From Callorhinchus milii (taxonomy: Eukaryota): a stretch of DNA of 64,000 nucleotides. Of the stretch, positions 38,360 to 49,748 are shown piece after piece (within the stretch, counting starts at the first letter, position 1; each line of letters starts with the position of its first letter). Under the pieces are notes generated by a model. It was not told where the DNA came from. It saw only the letters and a list, made by a program, of their open reading frames with translations, and ran no database searches. A program made the position numbers and the translations under genes. Where the stretch lies: contig NW_024704752.1 in NCBI RefSeq assembly GCF_018977255.1, positions 19,344,001-19,408,000 of the forward strand. The letters run 5' to 3'.

Positions 38360-38612
38360 CAATTGCGCACAGCAGCGTCCCACAAACAGTCGTAGATTGA
38401 ATGACAAAATTATTGTTATTTTTTATAATTTTATTTGAAGGGATTACTATCCCCAGAAAAGCTATCCGCCAGTCGACTAACAACCAGGTTCCTACTCACT
38501 GCTTTGTGAACAGAGGCGTGAGTGTGGAGTAAGGAAACTTGCCCAACGTTTCATCCGGAATCGAATCCAGGTCCTCTCGCTTGCGAGACGAGTGCTCCAA
38601 CCACTGAGCTGC
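38360..38612 (-). mobile_element. SINE-A 5' two-thirds, fused to the L2 above
   Basis: Head GCAGCTCAGTGGTTGGAGCACTCGTCTCGCAAGCGAGAGGACCTGGATTCGATTCC; breaks at GCTGTGCGCAATT. Confidence 0.88.
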
Positions 38613-39684
38613 AGCAGCAGCATGTTGTAAAAGGTACTACGAAGGCAATGTGTTACCTTCACCTTTTGGGGAAAAAATTGCTGCTTCTGTGTAATCTCTC
38701 CTCGAGTTCGAGTTGTTCATTTTGATTTCCTGCCTGGTGCTCGCCTCCGTGTAATCTACTTCATCCAAGGAGACAGAGCTGCAAACTTGTCCAAACTGCT
38801 GCCAAAGGCACTGGTCATTTCCCAGGGGGGCCAGGCTTGTAGCGGAGTGAGGTGAACCGTGTCAGTTCCTTTAACACAGTGTAATAAACTGCTCACTCTC
38901 AACAACTGGCTGCTGTTACCTTGTCTCCAGCACCCCTGTCATTAACTGTTCATAATCCTCTGCTTCCCTTGATCCTCTCTAACTGCAGTCTTTAACATCT
39001 CCAGCCAACCATGCACCTCGCTCTCAAACACCCAGAGAGGTGGCAGAGAGCTGCAGAGCATTCATTCTCCTCCAGCTCCTGCCCCAATCTCACAGTCTGG
39101 ATTCCAGCTGGGGTGTCGTACAACCAGGCAGGAGTTTGCCCCAGTTACTAAAGGTACTTTCCACTCCCTCCATGGCCTTGCATCCCCCCCTTCCCCTCCC
39201 CACGTACCTTTACGACCACCAGCCAATCCTACTCCCCCGGCCTCTCCCTCCGCTCCACTCGTCACCAAAGTGTAAAGTGAATTAACTGTATTATTTTATG
39301 AGCGAATTGAACACGGAGCTGAAATTGCAGGTGGCAGCTTTGAAGGCATTATCCTGCACAGTAATTTCTCACTCGGAGCCATAGCTAGGTTCCTGGCGAA
39401 GGCACTGAGGTGAATCAGCAGCTTCCCTAGCAGGAGACAGAGGGCAAATCAACCCACGCCAACCTTGGAAGAGGGTTGTGAGCAGGTCAACAGTGAGACA
39501 AATCAGACAGTGGGGCTGAGCTGGTGAACACGGTGATTCGTTCACCGCTTTGTTCTGCTGGTTGCCTCTCCATTACCTTATTGCAAATGATGGGGGTGCT
39601 ATCTGCACCAGTTCTTATCACAAATTGGTTTGTTCAGCTGATGTTTGGGAGCCATTGAAGCGTCTGCTCCTCCCCACCCCCCCC

Positions 39685-39773
39685 CCCCCCCCTCGGCTCG
39701 GAGTCAGGTTCCGTTAAGCGCTCTGAGACGCTACCCTGTGTGGAGGGCGCTTTGCAAGCGCAAGTTGTTGTTG
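39685..39773 (+). mobile_element. L2 LINE 3' end
   Basis: AAGCGCTCTGAGACGCTACCCTGTGTGGAGGGCGCT..CAAG(TTG)n. Confidence 0.8.
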
Positions 39774-39888
39774 AAATGACATTGAAATAATGCAGTAATA
39801 TCCCTGATCTGCGTTCACGCAAGTTGAGAGGGTAAAAACACAACACCTTATCGCTCGTATCACCAGCAATCACAAAGGCTGCCCTGTT

Positions 39889-40168
39889 TGTCCCTCGTCC
39901 CCTCCGCTCCACCATCGGTAACCCTGCCCTCAACCACTACGCCCCGAAACTCTGGAACTCTCTTCCTCAATCCCTCCGCCTTGTCCCCTCCCTCCCCACC
40001 TTCAAATCCCTCCTAAAGACCTTCGCCCTCCAAGTGTTATCTTTTGATCGTGCTTACGGTCACCTCCCCCCTCGCTCTACCCCCTTGGTCAGTGACCCAC
40101 TTTGTCAAGCGTTCCAGGATGCTAACCCACGTGAAGAGCTCTATGTAAATGAAAGTTGTTGTTGTTGC
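39889..40168 (+). mobile_element. L2 LINE 3' fragment with a 16-nt foreign insertion
   Basis: APKLWNSLPQSLRLVPSLPTFKSLLKTF..FDRAY; (TTG)n tail. Confidence 0.88.
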
Positions 40169-41643
40169 CTCTTGCTCCAGACTCGAGCCATGACTGTCAG
40201 AGCAGAGGGCAAGGTCTTAAGGCATGTAATGCATATTGATTGTAAATATAATGTTGCCAGTTACAGATTCTCAGTGATTACATATTTAAAAATGCTTAAT
40301 AGCCAGCCAGCCCAAAGTTTCTCAAAATGGCAGGTGAACACATACCGACTTCACTGAGATGCGTGAAAAATTAGGACGTGAAATTCCGTGCTCTCACACA
40401 CGCTCCACAAATCACTGTATCCCCTTCGTCATCATCGAAAGCTGGATAAATAAACCACCGCTCACTCACAGAAAATACAACCAACACTGGGGGCACAGGC
40501 AACTTGCCTATCACATTTCTTCACACAAGCGGCAAGTGAGACATTGTCCATCTCACTTCATTTCTTGAGAATTATGAAAGCTCATCTCACTCACTCGCTC
40601 GCTCAATATCATTCCTGTTTCGGTCACACTTTTTTTTGTTTCCTAAACTTAGCTTGTCTGTGTCCATGAAATGTCCTTGCCGCCTGTGTTTCATATGGTA
40701 ATTCAGATCTAACTACCATAGTGGGAGGTTAATAAACAAGAGAAAGCATCAGGTTTGATCAGATTAGATTCACCTAATCTATTTATGATGACTCAGTGTT
40801 TGGTGGGTGTTTGGAGCAATTTCACGTACAGTCGTAGGCGGCTGAAACAATACGGTACAAGAGCTTAGCTACCCTGTGAGGCTCAAATACCACACTCCGT
40901 TAATGAGAGAAGAAATAAGTGATAAGGTCATAGCGATAGCAGCTTGCTAGGCATTGGGAGAATTACTCTCCACTTCTGGGGGTCAGAAGTTGACCGATTT
41001 TGCTGTGAAATCAACAGCCATGTGGGTTTATTGGCAGTGTAGTTAGGATTGCACCAGCACAGGACTGTATATGACAATCTCTACGCCCGGTATTTATACA
41101 TTAAAACAAAAATCGCAAATCAGAACAAGCCAAATGCAAGGCTAATCACTTCAGGAAACAATTATCTTTTAATCTTATTTCCTTCCTGCATCTTCCCTAG
41201 ACCATATCTTTATATAAATGAAGAGAGGCATTGGATGGAAATACATGGATAAAACTATTTTTAGTCAATACAGTATGTTAGACAATGTGGTTATAATATT
41301 GTATATTTCTGAAGCTGCAAGTTATATTCAGTTTAATAATAATATTCTTTATAATAACGGCCTTTTCTTTGGTCGAAGCATTTCACAGGATTTACCATAA
41401 AGTAGAGTGATTGTGCATTTTATAAGTGAATGCGGCATCTAAATTACACATTTATGAAGTGAGTGACAATAAACAGTTCTGAAGTAAGTGACAATTTTAT
41501 TTGAGGAATTGTTGTCTAGGACACCAAGAGAAACTCCCTTCTCTTCTCGAATAGTGCCATGGAATCTTTAACATCCACCTAAAGAGCCAGACACAGCCTT
41601 GCTTTTATGCCTCATCTGAATCATGTTGCCTCCAAGTGTTATC

Positions 41644-42020
41644 TTTTGTCCACAAAGTAAAGTCACTTCGCAGTAAATCCTGTGAAGCTCTTTGAGACGA
41701 CATCCTAATGTGAAAGGTACTGTTTCAAATGCAAATTATTAATCAGAATACAATTTTTTTTATTTGATATAATATCATTAAGGTCAGCATTTAAATTGAT
41801 ATAGGTCAGTATTTAATTTCAGTATTAACCAAATTTGGTCACTCAATCCACGACTGTTTGTGGGACGCTGCTCTTCGCAATTGGCTGTGGCGTTTCACCC
41901 ACAAGTACAGTCGATCCACTTTACACTTTATCCTGTGAAGCGCTTTGAGAAATCTCAACGATGTGAAATGTCAAATTGCTTCACAAGATTTTACTGTGAA
42001 GAGTAGAGACTGTGTATTTA
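41644..42020 (+). mobile_element. Cluster of SINE-A fragments (two +, one short - piece at about 41985-42020)
   Basis: Tail and central block matches. Confidence 0.75.
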
Positions 42021-42749
42021 TTATTAATATAGATATCAAACAAGCCCTATCCAATAAATGGGTATGAACAATAGGACGTACGCTGTAAATGTCACATCAA
42101 AGCTCAACAGGAAGCACTGGGATCAGCAGCCCCTGGAAATGAAAGTGTATGTGATGCCTTCAGGTTAGAACAGCGAGCTGAAGATTGACTATTAAGAGTC
42201 TGGGCTTTGACGTGCAGAAGATTTGAGAGTGTTGAGTCCGTGTGTGTGTGATCCTTTTTATTGATGACCTATTTTACAAGCTGTACGGTGCGAACTGAGG
42301 AAAAAGGAGAGTCTGTTCATTAAACACAGAACTAGTAACTATTAGGAGGAACCCATCTGTCTCAATGACACCAGCCTACTGGTGCATGCTTCATCTGGAG
42401 CGAGTAGGAAGCTCGTGGCCATTTAATAGATGCGGCAGAGATCTGGAATGCTCACTTTCCCCCGGGAAGCCTCAACCTGTTTGCCTCCATGTCCTTTATC
42501 TGCAAAGCCCTGAAAGGCGCAAGGTTCTGAATGTGCGTTATCATTAGCCGAGTGCCTTTGTGCATCAACCGGACAGATGAAAGATTAAAGGCAGCGTTAA
42601 AATGCAACCGGAGGGCTTGTGCCCTGGCAGATCAGCCCTGAAACCTGGGGTCCATCTGTCCTGCGTGCCTTCAGTCAGACCAGGAAAACAAGAGGTGAAA
42701 TTGGTTGCACAATTGGTTTGCAAATGCAATCGCTGTACTAACTAGGAAT

Positions 42750-43163
42750 CCACAAAATACACAGTCACTACACTTTACAGTGAGACGTCTGGATGACCTG
42801 ACAAGGCGCTGTGTCAAACGTCAGGATTATTATTATATTCTGTGAAGTGTTGAGGCATCTCAACACTTGAATCCTGCAGCTCAGTGCACGCGAGACACCT
42901 GGGTTCAGTTCCAGGCCGGGCGACACCTTGGCCAAGTTTCCTTACTCCACACGTCTAATAATAATCCCTCCAAAACAAAAAACAATAATAAATTGGTCAT
43001 TTTCAATCCACGACTGTTTGTGGGACGCTGCTGTGCGCAATTGGCTGCCGCGTTTTGACCACAAATATTCGGTCAATTCACTTTACGGTCTATTCTGTGA
43101 AGCGCTTTGGGACATCGAGAAGACGTGAAAAGCGCTATATCAAAAACAAAGATTATTATTACT
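42750..43163 (+). mobile_element. Tandem SINE-A copies (tail fragment plus near full-length copy 42875-43163)
   Basis: Head GCAGCTCAGTG..GGGTTCAGTTCC, CORE-like, central and tail blocks. Confidence 0.85.
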
Positions 43164-43281
43164 ATCTCTGTGTCCATCCAAAGACAGGGTCAAAGAATGC
43201 ACCATTCATGTCAACGGCAACATCACCAACAGTTTACGAGGAAGGCACCTCCATATAACTGACTGGCAGCCTGAGCTTAGT

Positions 43282-43408
43282 GTGTGAGTGGGGGGTTTGG
43301 TGGGGGGAGGTTGGTGTGAGTGGGGGTTTGGTGGGGGGAGGTTGGTGTGAGTGGGGGGTTGGTGAGGGGAGCTTGGTGTGTAAGTGGGGGGTTGGTGCAG
43401 GGAGGTTG
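43282..43408 (+). repeat. G-rich minisatellite, ~31-nt unit x4
   Basis: Unit GTGTGAGTGGGGGTTTGGTGGGGGGAGGTTG, degenerating rightwards. Confidence 0.88.
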
Positions 43409-44869
43409 ACATGAGTATGGTCGAAGAGATGCATTTGTGGCAGATAATTTGTGCAAGTAATGTCCTGCAAACAGCTATAGAAGTGAATGACCTGATTTAT
43501 CAGAGGGATTGTTTATTGGCCAGGACATCGAGAGAAACACAGAGAAAACCCTTCTCTTTTTTTTGAAAGTGGGTTGGAATCTTTTACAATACAATACAAA
43601 ATTACATTTGTAGAGCGCCTTTCACGTCGAGAGGATGTACCCAAAGCTCTGGGCAGAGGGGAGTTAGAAGCCAAGATCCTGATTTCTGGTTTCACAGCAG
43701 GAGAGAAAATGGACCTTTGTCAACTTTTATCGATAATACTTGTGTACTTTGTGCTGACTGCTGCATTCATTTATCAACGTCCAATCTTGATCACCATTAA
43801 AAACAGCATATTCAATAGCAGGCTAATCAGGGAACAGAATCCTCGCTGCTCTAGATAAGATTCAGACATTATTAAAAAAGACACAATTGATTCCTTGTGA
43901 TTGATCTATTTTTATTTTACTTGGGCAACATAAAAGCTCATTAATTACACGACGTATAGGATTTTTGCAAAAGAAAGTTAATGTAGCAAAACCGGAGGCA
44001 GATTTATTGATCCTCACATCATATTTAGGTGACAGATTCCAGCCCAAATGAAACCTAAGTTCTTTGACCAAAGGCGTATGACAAACAGTCAGGTATGGTT
44101 TGCTTTTTGGGAGAATATGGTTGTATTTCACTGTCCTTTGAGTGTCTTTATGACAATAATTAAACATAACATCTTTACAGCATCATCCCTCTGTTCTGTT
44201 GCTCGCACCTTGTTCTGAATTCCTCCCACACAGACGCAACGCCATTAACATTGACAACATGAAGCTGTCAGGCTGCCATCTTTATTCATAAGCTCCCAGG
44301 AAATAGTTTAACATACCAACGTTATTTAACCCAAGTGAGATTGATATATAAAATATATCTGTATCAGAACTGGCTTATTTGTTTTGTTAAAGGTCGGACT
44401 CTGACAGTATCACTCCTGTGAATGTAAGCTGCAGCAACAAGCAGAAAGAATAATGTGCCTGGATTTTGTTTGAGTGGAATGCTCAGTGTATTTGGATTTG
44501 GTGATTTGAACGACAGGATGGTACAGTATCTCACACAAAGAATGTTCTTCAGGGGAGATGTTGTGTGGAAGGAGCCACCGCAGAACTTTTTTTTTCGCCA
44601 CTTCTATCCCTTTTTTCCGTTCTCGTTCTCTTGAAGACGTTGACTGTTTCTTGGTGGTCCTGGGTGGGGGAAGGGATGGTCAGGGGTTTGTATATGCAGA
44701 ACTTTCCTACTGGCACCTGTGGTAGCACAGGTTTTGAACAGTCTGGGTTTAATGGTCTTCTCTTATGCTCTGTGATCGTGTGGGCCTGGTTTTATTGTGT
44801 ATAAGTCGACCCTGATTTTAGCATTTGAGGAGATGGAATTGTTGTGATTCATCGCGTGTTTCAGCGACC

Positions 44870-45073
44870 AGCAACGACAACAACAACTTGCATTTACACA
44901 GCGCCCCTCTCTCACACAGGGCAGCGTCACAGAGCGCTTGACAATGGCCGAGCATGACATGGAGCCGGGGGAAAGGGGGGAGGTGACCGTAAGCACGGTC
45001 GGAGAGGACCGCGACCTGAAGATGGGGGAGGAAGGGACAAGGCGGTGGGGAGGGATAGAGTTCCAGAGTTTCG
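44870..45073 (-). mobile_element. L2 LINE 3' fragment
   Basis: PKLWNSIPPHRLVPSSPIFRSRS; (TTG)n tail. Confidence 0.82.
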
Positions 45074-45248
45074 GCACTCTTGCCTCTGGGTCAGAAAACC
45101 CACACTAGGACTTTGAGCTCGCAGTGGATGTTGACACCCAATGCAGCGCCGAGGAAGCTCTGTATTGTCAGAGGTGACATCCTTTGGGTGAGAAGTTAAA
45201 CCAAGGTCTGGCCCACCTGCTCAGATGGACGTTTAAAGATCTCATGCT
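45074..45248 (+). mobile_element. Deu-domain SINE 5' half
   Basis: GCACTCTTGCCTCTGGGTCAGAA..TTGTCAGAGGTGACATCCTTTGGGTGAGAAGTTAAACCAAGG..CAGATGGACGTTTAAAGATCTCATG. Confidence 0.8.
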
Positions 45249-45948
45249 AATTCTGCATTGTAACCAAGTTATCTTGCACTTCGGGAGAATTTGAATGGAT
45301 AATGTCATTAATTTGGATATACATTGTTCATTCCCAACAAGTTAATAGTTATAACATAATTAAGTTAGTTTCTGAAGATAGCATCTGTTTCCAGCATAAG
45401 TAATATACAATTTCCACTGTAATGTATTGCCAAGGTAATGTCATCTGTCAGAGGACACAGTGAATTCTTTATTTAGATTGTTTGCATACGAATTAACGAG
45501 AGCATCAAGAAGGAAATTTCTTGTTGCTACTCGTCGGGTGAACCTAATTGCATTAGTTTAGTGAAGAAATGTTTCTTTTCAGAAGAAATTCCATTTATAG
45601 CATATTCCGGACAACTTTTGATGCAATTTTGCAGGAAAACCTTAAATAATTCAGTTCCATTTCTGAACGTTATGATGGAAATTTATGTATAGGATCATTC
45701 TGGGACTGGAGAGTGTGGGCGAGGCAAATATAATACCTTCATTAGGGATGTTATTACTTTTTACCATCTGAGGCTGTATCTTGAAAAACGCAACATTTTC
45801 AGATCACAGCAAAACAGCTGTTGCCGTGCAGGTATTGTTTGTGTGAGCTCTTGAGATTTACAGGAAAGCAATTCAGCGATGTTGAATTGTTCCTTCATTG
45901 TCTAAGTATTGTTATGTTTCCAATTACGGAGTCCTGTAGCTCACACTC

Positions 45949-46270
45949 GTCTCGCGAGCAAAAGGACCTGAGCAAAACATTGGGCAAGTTTCCGTACTCC
46001 ACATGCCTGTTTACCCAGCGTAATTCAGAACCCGGTTGTTGCCAGATCTGCTTTCCGGGGGTAATAATCACCTCAAAATAATAATAATATAGTTACTCAA
46101 TCCACGACTGTTTGTGGGACGCTGCTGTGTGCAATTGGCTGCCGCATTTCGCCCACAAACTATACAGTCAATTCACTTTACAGTATATCCTGTGAAGCAC
46201 TTTGAGACGTCTCAAAGACTTGATAAGGCACTAATTCAAATGCAAGGATTATTGTCATTATTATTATTAT
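45949..46270 (+). mobile_element. Near full-length SINE-A
   Basis: GGAGTCCTGTAGCTCA head through (TTA)n tail. Confidence 0.88.
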
Positions 46271-46671
46271 ACCCTGAAGACCTGTTCTTTTGTGACATTG
46301 CCTCAGTATTGAATTTTGCATCCACTAATATAATCTAATGTTTTTCGATTTGTCTTCGATTGAGGTATCTCTTTTAAGCACAAAAATCTGCCAACTGTAG
46401 CAACAGGTCAAAGCAAACAAAAGAATAACTTGTTAGCACCCGTCCTTTGACATCGAATTGATCCATGAGTTACGCTTTGTGATTTCACAGTCCGGAACTA
46501 AAATGGGTAGCTCTGGTGATGGAGTGGGTAGTCAATGCTTTAAAGAAACATGCAGCTGTCGTCTTGAAAAAAAGCAATACCTGTTAGAGCTTTGGTTTTC
46601 AAGGATAAAACGCATTAGTGAGAACAATCCCAGTCCCATTGATTTCTCTGTCCTTCCACATCCTGCTAACA

Positions 46672-46848
46672 GTACAATACAAATTTACCTTTAAACGGCA
46701 CTTGACGGTACTGGCGTGGCTTCTGCTCGGGGTGGCGGCGAGGTGGGGTGGGGAGAGGGAAACTGATCAAAGGTGCGGGAAGGAGAAAGGTCTTGAGATG
46801 CAGCTTGAAAAGAGGTGAGGCAGGGAGAGAGGGAGGGAAGGAAGGAAG
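46672..46848 (-). mobile_element. L2 LINE 3' fragment
   Basis: GGTCTTGAGATGCAGCTTGAAA (FKLHLKT on minus) and purine-rich block. Confidence 0.6.
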
Positions 46849-46850
46849 TC

Positions 46851-46971
46851 AATCATAGAGTCACAGAATTATACAGCACAGAAAGAGGCCATTCAGCTCA
46901 TGGTGTCTGTGCTGCTCTTTGAAAAGAGCTTCCAAATCAACCCCACTCCCCCGCTCTCTCCCATAGCCCTG
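46851..46971 (-). mobile_element. CR1 LINE 3' end
   Basis: CATAGAGTCACAGAATTATACAGCACAGAAAGAGGCCATTCAGC..GCTCTTTGAAAAGAGC, homologous to 53300-53430. Confidence 0.85.
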
Positions 46972-47356
46972 ATCAACCCCACTCCCCCGCTCTCCCCCCA
47001 TAGCCCCGATCAACCCCACTCCCCCACTCTCTCCCCATAGCCCTGATCAACCTCACTCCCCCACTCTCTCCCCATAGCCCTGATCAACCCCACTCCCCCA
47101 CTCTCTCCCCATAGCCCTGATCAACCCCACTCCCCCGCTCTCTCCCCATAGCCCTGATCAACCCCACTCCCCCGCTCTCCCCATAGCCCTGATCAACCCC
47201 ACTCCCCCACTCTCTCCCCATAGCCCTGATCAACCTCACTCCCCCACTCTCTCCCCATAGCCCTGATCAACCCCACTCCCCCGCTCTCTCCCCATAGCCC
47301 TGATCAACCCCACTCCCCCGCTCTTTCCATAGCCCTGATCAACCCCACTCCCCCGC
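46936..47356. repeat. 37-bp minisatellite, 11 full units plus a partial
   Basis: Unit ATCAACCCCACTCCCCCRCTCTCTCCCCATAGCCCTG starting at 46936, 46972, 47009, 47046, 47083, 47120, 47157, 47192, 47229, 47266, 47303, 47338. Confidence 0.97.
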
Positions 47357-47932
47357 ACACTTTCTAAATACTAAATGCTCACAGGGGACAATGGGACAAC
47401 TACACTTAAGTCTTAAATCGCTGCAGCAAATAGTTAATATGTTCTGCTGTCGGCCCAATTATTTATTGCGATGCAAACCTAACAACTTGGAATGCTAATC
47501 AAGCAATGTTAGCAGCAGACGATAATTGTTCCTGACTGCACAACCACGCCATTGGCTTTAGAGAAACGCTGGTGGCCTTTGCAAAGAAATGGTTGTGGTT
47601 GCAAACCAAACCTAAGGTGGTGGTAGGTTTTACACCGAAGGCAAACCCATTGTTGCGTCCCCGTTAATGCATCCGATCCAGTGTGAGGACTGATAGTGTT
47701 GACTGCGTCTGGCGTGAGTGAGGTTTTATTGCAGTTGGAAAGAGTTACTTTAACAGGGTCCAGGTGGGTGAGGGACTAAGTGACGGCAGAGCAAATGAGC
47801 AACAACTCTAGTTGATCAGGAATGATTATTGTAGCGAGTCACGAGATTAGTTTTCCTAAATCGCAGGGATTCCGAGATTCGAAAGTGATTTTGTTCCAAG
47901 CACGTACTGCGGTCGTTGGAAACAAACAAAAG

Positions 47933-48186
47933 GCAACAACAACTTGCATTTACACCTCACACCCTCACACAGGCCAGCGGCCCAGAGCGCTTGACAGGGG
48001 CTAAGCTCAACACCGAGCTGGAGGGAGAGGGAGGGGGTAAGGTGACCATAGGCACTGGGCGAATAGGAAGGTCCTCAGGCGCGACCTGAAGATGGGGAAG
48101 GAAGGGGCAAGGCGGAGGGAGGGATAGAGGAAGAGGGTTCCAGAGTGGCTAAAAGTGTGGCCAACGATGGTGGAACGGAGGGAGCA
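47933..48186 (-). mobile_element. L2 LINE 3' fragment (SINE tail fragment follows at about 48210-48318)
   Basis: Same family as 38082-38359 and 44870-45073. Confidence 0.82.
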
Positions 48187-48990
48187 ATGGAAAAAAACTC
48201 ATTTGTAGACGCCCACACAGTCATTGCATTTTACAGCATAACTGTGAAGCCCTTTGAAACATTTTCCTGATGTGAAAGGGGCTGTACCAAATGCAAGGAG
48301 TATTATTATTATTATTACTACAGTTCAAGCATTAACTGTGTGATTTACCAGCTGATTGAAATCCTGTCTTGTTCCTGTGCTGTTTTTCAGTTTTATTCCC
48401 ACTGTTTTCAAAATGTTTCCTTTTAGCCTGACTGAGTTATTTGATGATTGAATTGGAAGCTTATGGGGGCAAGTTTTTAATATGGTGGTCAGAAGTAAAA
48501 TGCCTGGAGAGAGATTCGGGTTTGCTCACTGACGTACACAATTTCACTGTCATCGTCTGAAGCTGATTTTTGTTCTTTTGTTTGTGAAACCTGTTTGGAG
48601 ATGAATGAACTGCCTTGGGGATTTGAACTCGGTTTGATCAAAATCAAACCAGCTGAGATCTATTGACCAGAAGATTCCTACTGTTACCTAAAGCTTCCTT
48701 ACAGGAACAATGTCCCACCGTTGACCTAATGTAACCTATCCAGGAATCTAAGCCTGCAGATGGATTCTAACTATAGCTTCCATGAGTGAGGATGCCTCCA
48801 GCTTCCTTCAATGGTCTTTTTTTTAACTTGTTTCATTAAAAATGCTGATGTTGCATTACATTTTAGGGGCATTTTTGGGGCATCCCCACGGGCCATTTGT
48901 GATTCCCTTGTAGATTTCTCAAACCCTCAGCGATACTGATGTTTTCAGATGCAACATCTGCAGGGCAAGCAAAACCTTATGAGGTTTGAC

Positions 48991-49015
48991 TGTGTGTGTG
49001 TGTGTGTGTGTGTGT
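48991..49015. repeat. (TG)n microsatellite
   Basis: Seen directly. Confidence 0.92.
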
Positions 49016-49748
49016 TGGGGGTTGGGTGGGTAGAGCAAACATTTGGAATGATTCTGCAGACTGAAACCTGCACCAGGCATCGAAAGGTGAAGAAGGTGTC
49101 TTTTGGAACAATCAAATTCAAGTGGGACCGTCAATTGGGTTTTCCCATTAGCTACTCTCAAATTGCGCATCAATCTATTGAACCTCAGGCATGAATGATT
49201 TAGTCGAGTACACATAATCTAGTAAATGCGTTCATTCATGTGAGTGATCCTCCTGTTTACATCGTGATGGTGGAATTTGTCAGCAGTCAGGACTTCAGAA
49301 TATGGAAATGGTGTATTTTCCATTATGATAGCGTCTTAAAATCACATTCTGACTTTATTACCTACTGAACCATAACCAGAGTTTGGCACAGAGTATCCTC
49401 GGGCACACAGAGACAAGCATTTTTAAAATGGGTTATTGCACTGCTAGAATTATTTGTTTTTTGCAAATAAAATGAGACAAACTAGCCGTGTGATTTAGCG
49501 GATGCAGAATATGATGAGTTTTGTAAATGTCTGAAAATGCTCTTCAAAGATTACTTTGCTCCCAGGAAATCTGCCTGTAAATTTCCAATTTTATTTTACC
49601 TTTTCGTACCAGTAATGAACACAAATAGAGATGATAGGTCCATGTTGTTGGTGTGGGAGTGATGTTTGCTGGAGTGAGTGCAGAATATTGTCATCAAGGA
49701 CAGAGATAACCACAGGATAATGTGGACTTTTTCACATGTGTCAACTAT

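Noticed and set aside
46936-47356. Regular 37-bp array resembling CRISPR
   Set aside because: Head-to-tail units with no unique spacers, no cas genes, vertebrate context, and derived from CR1.
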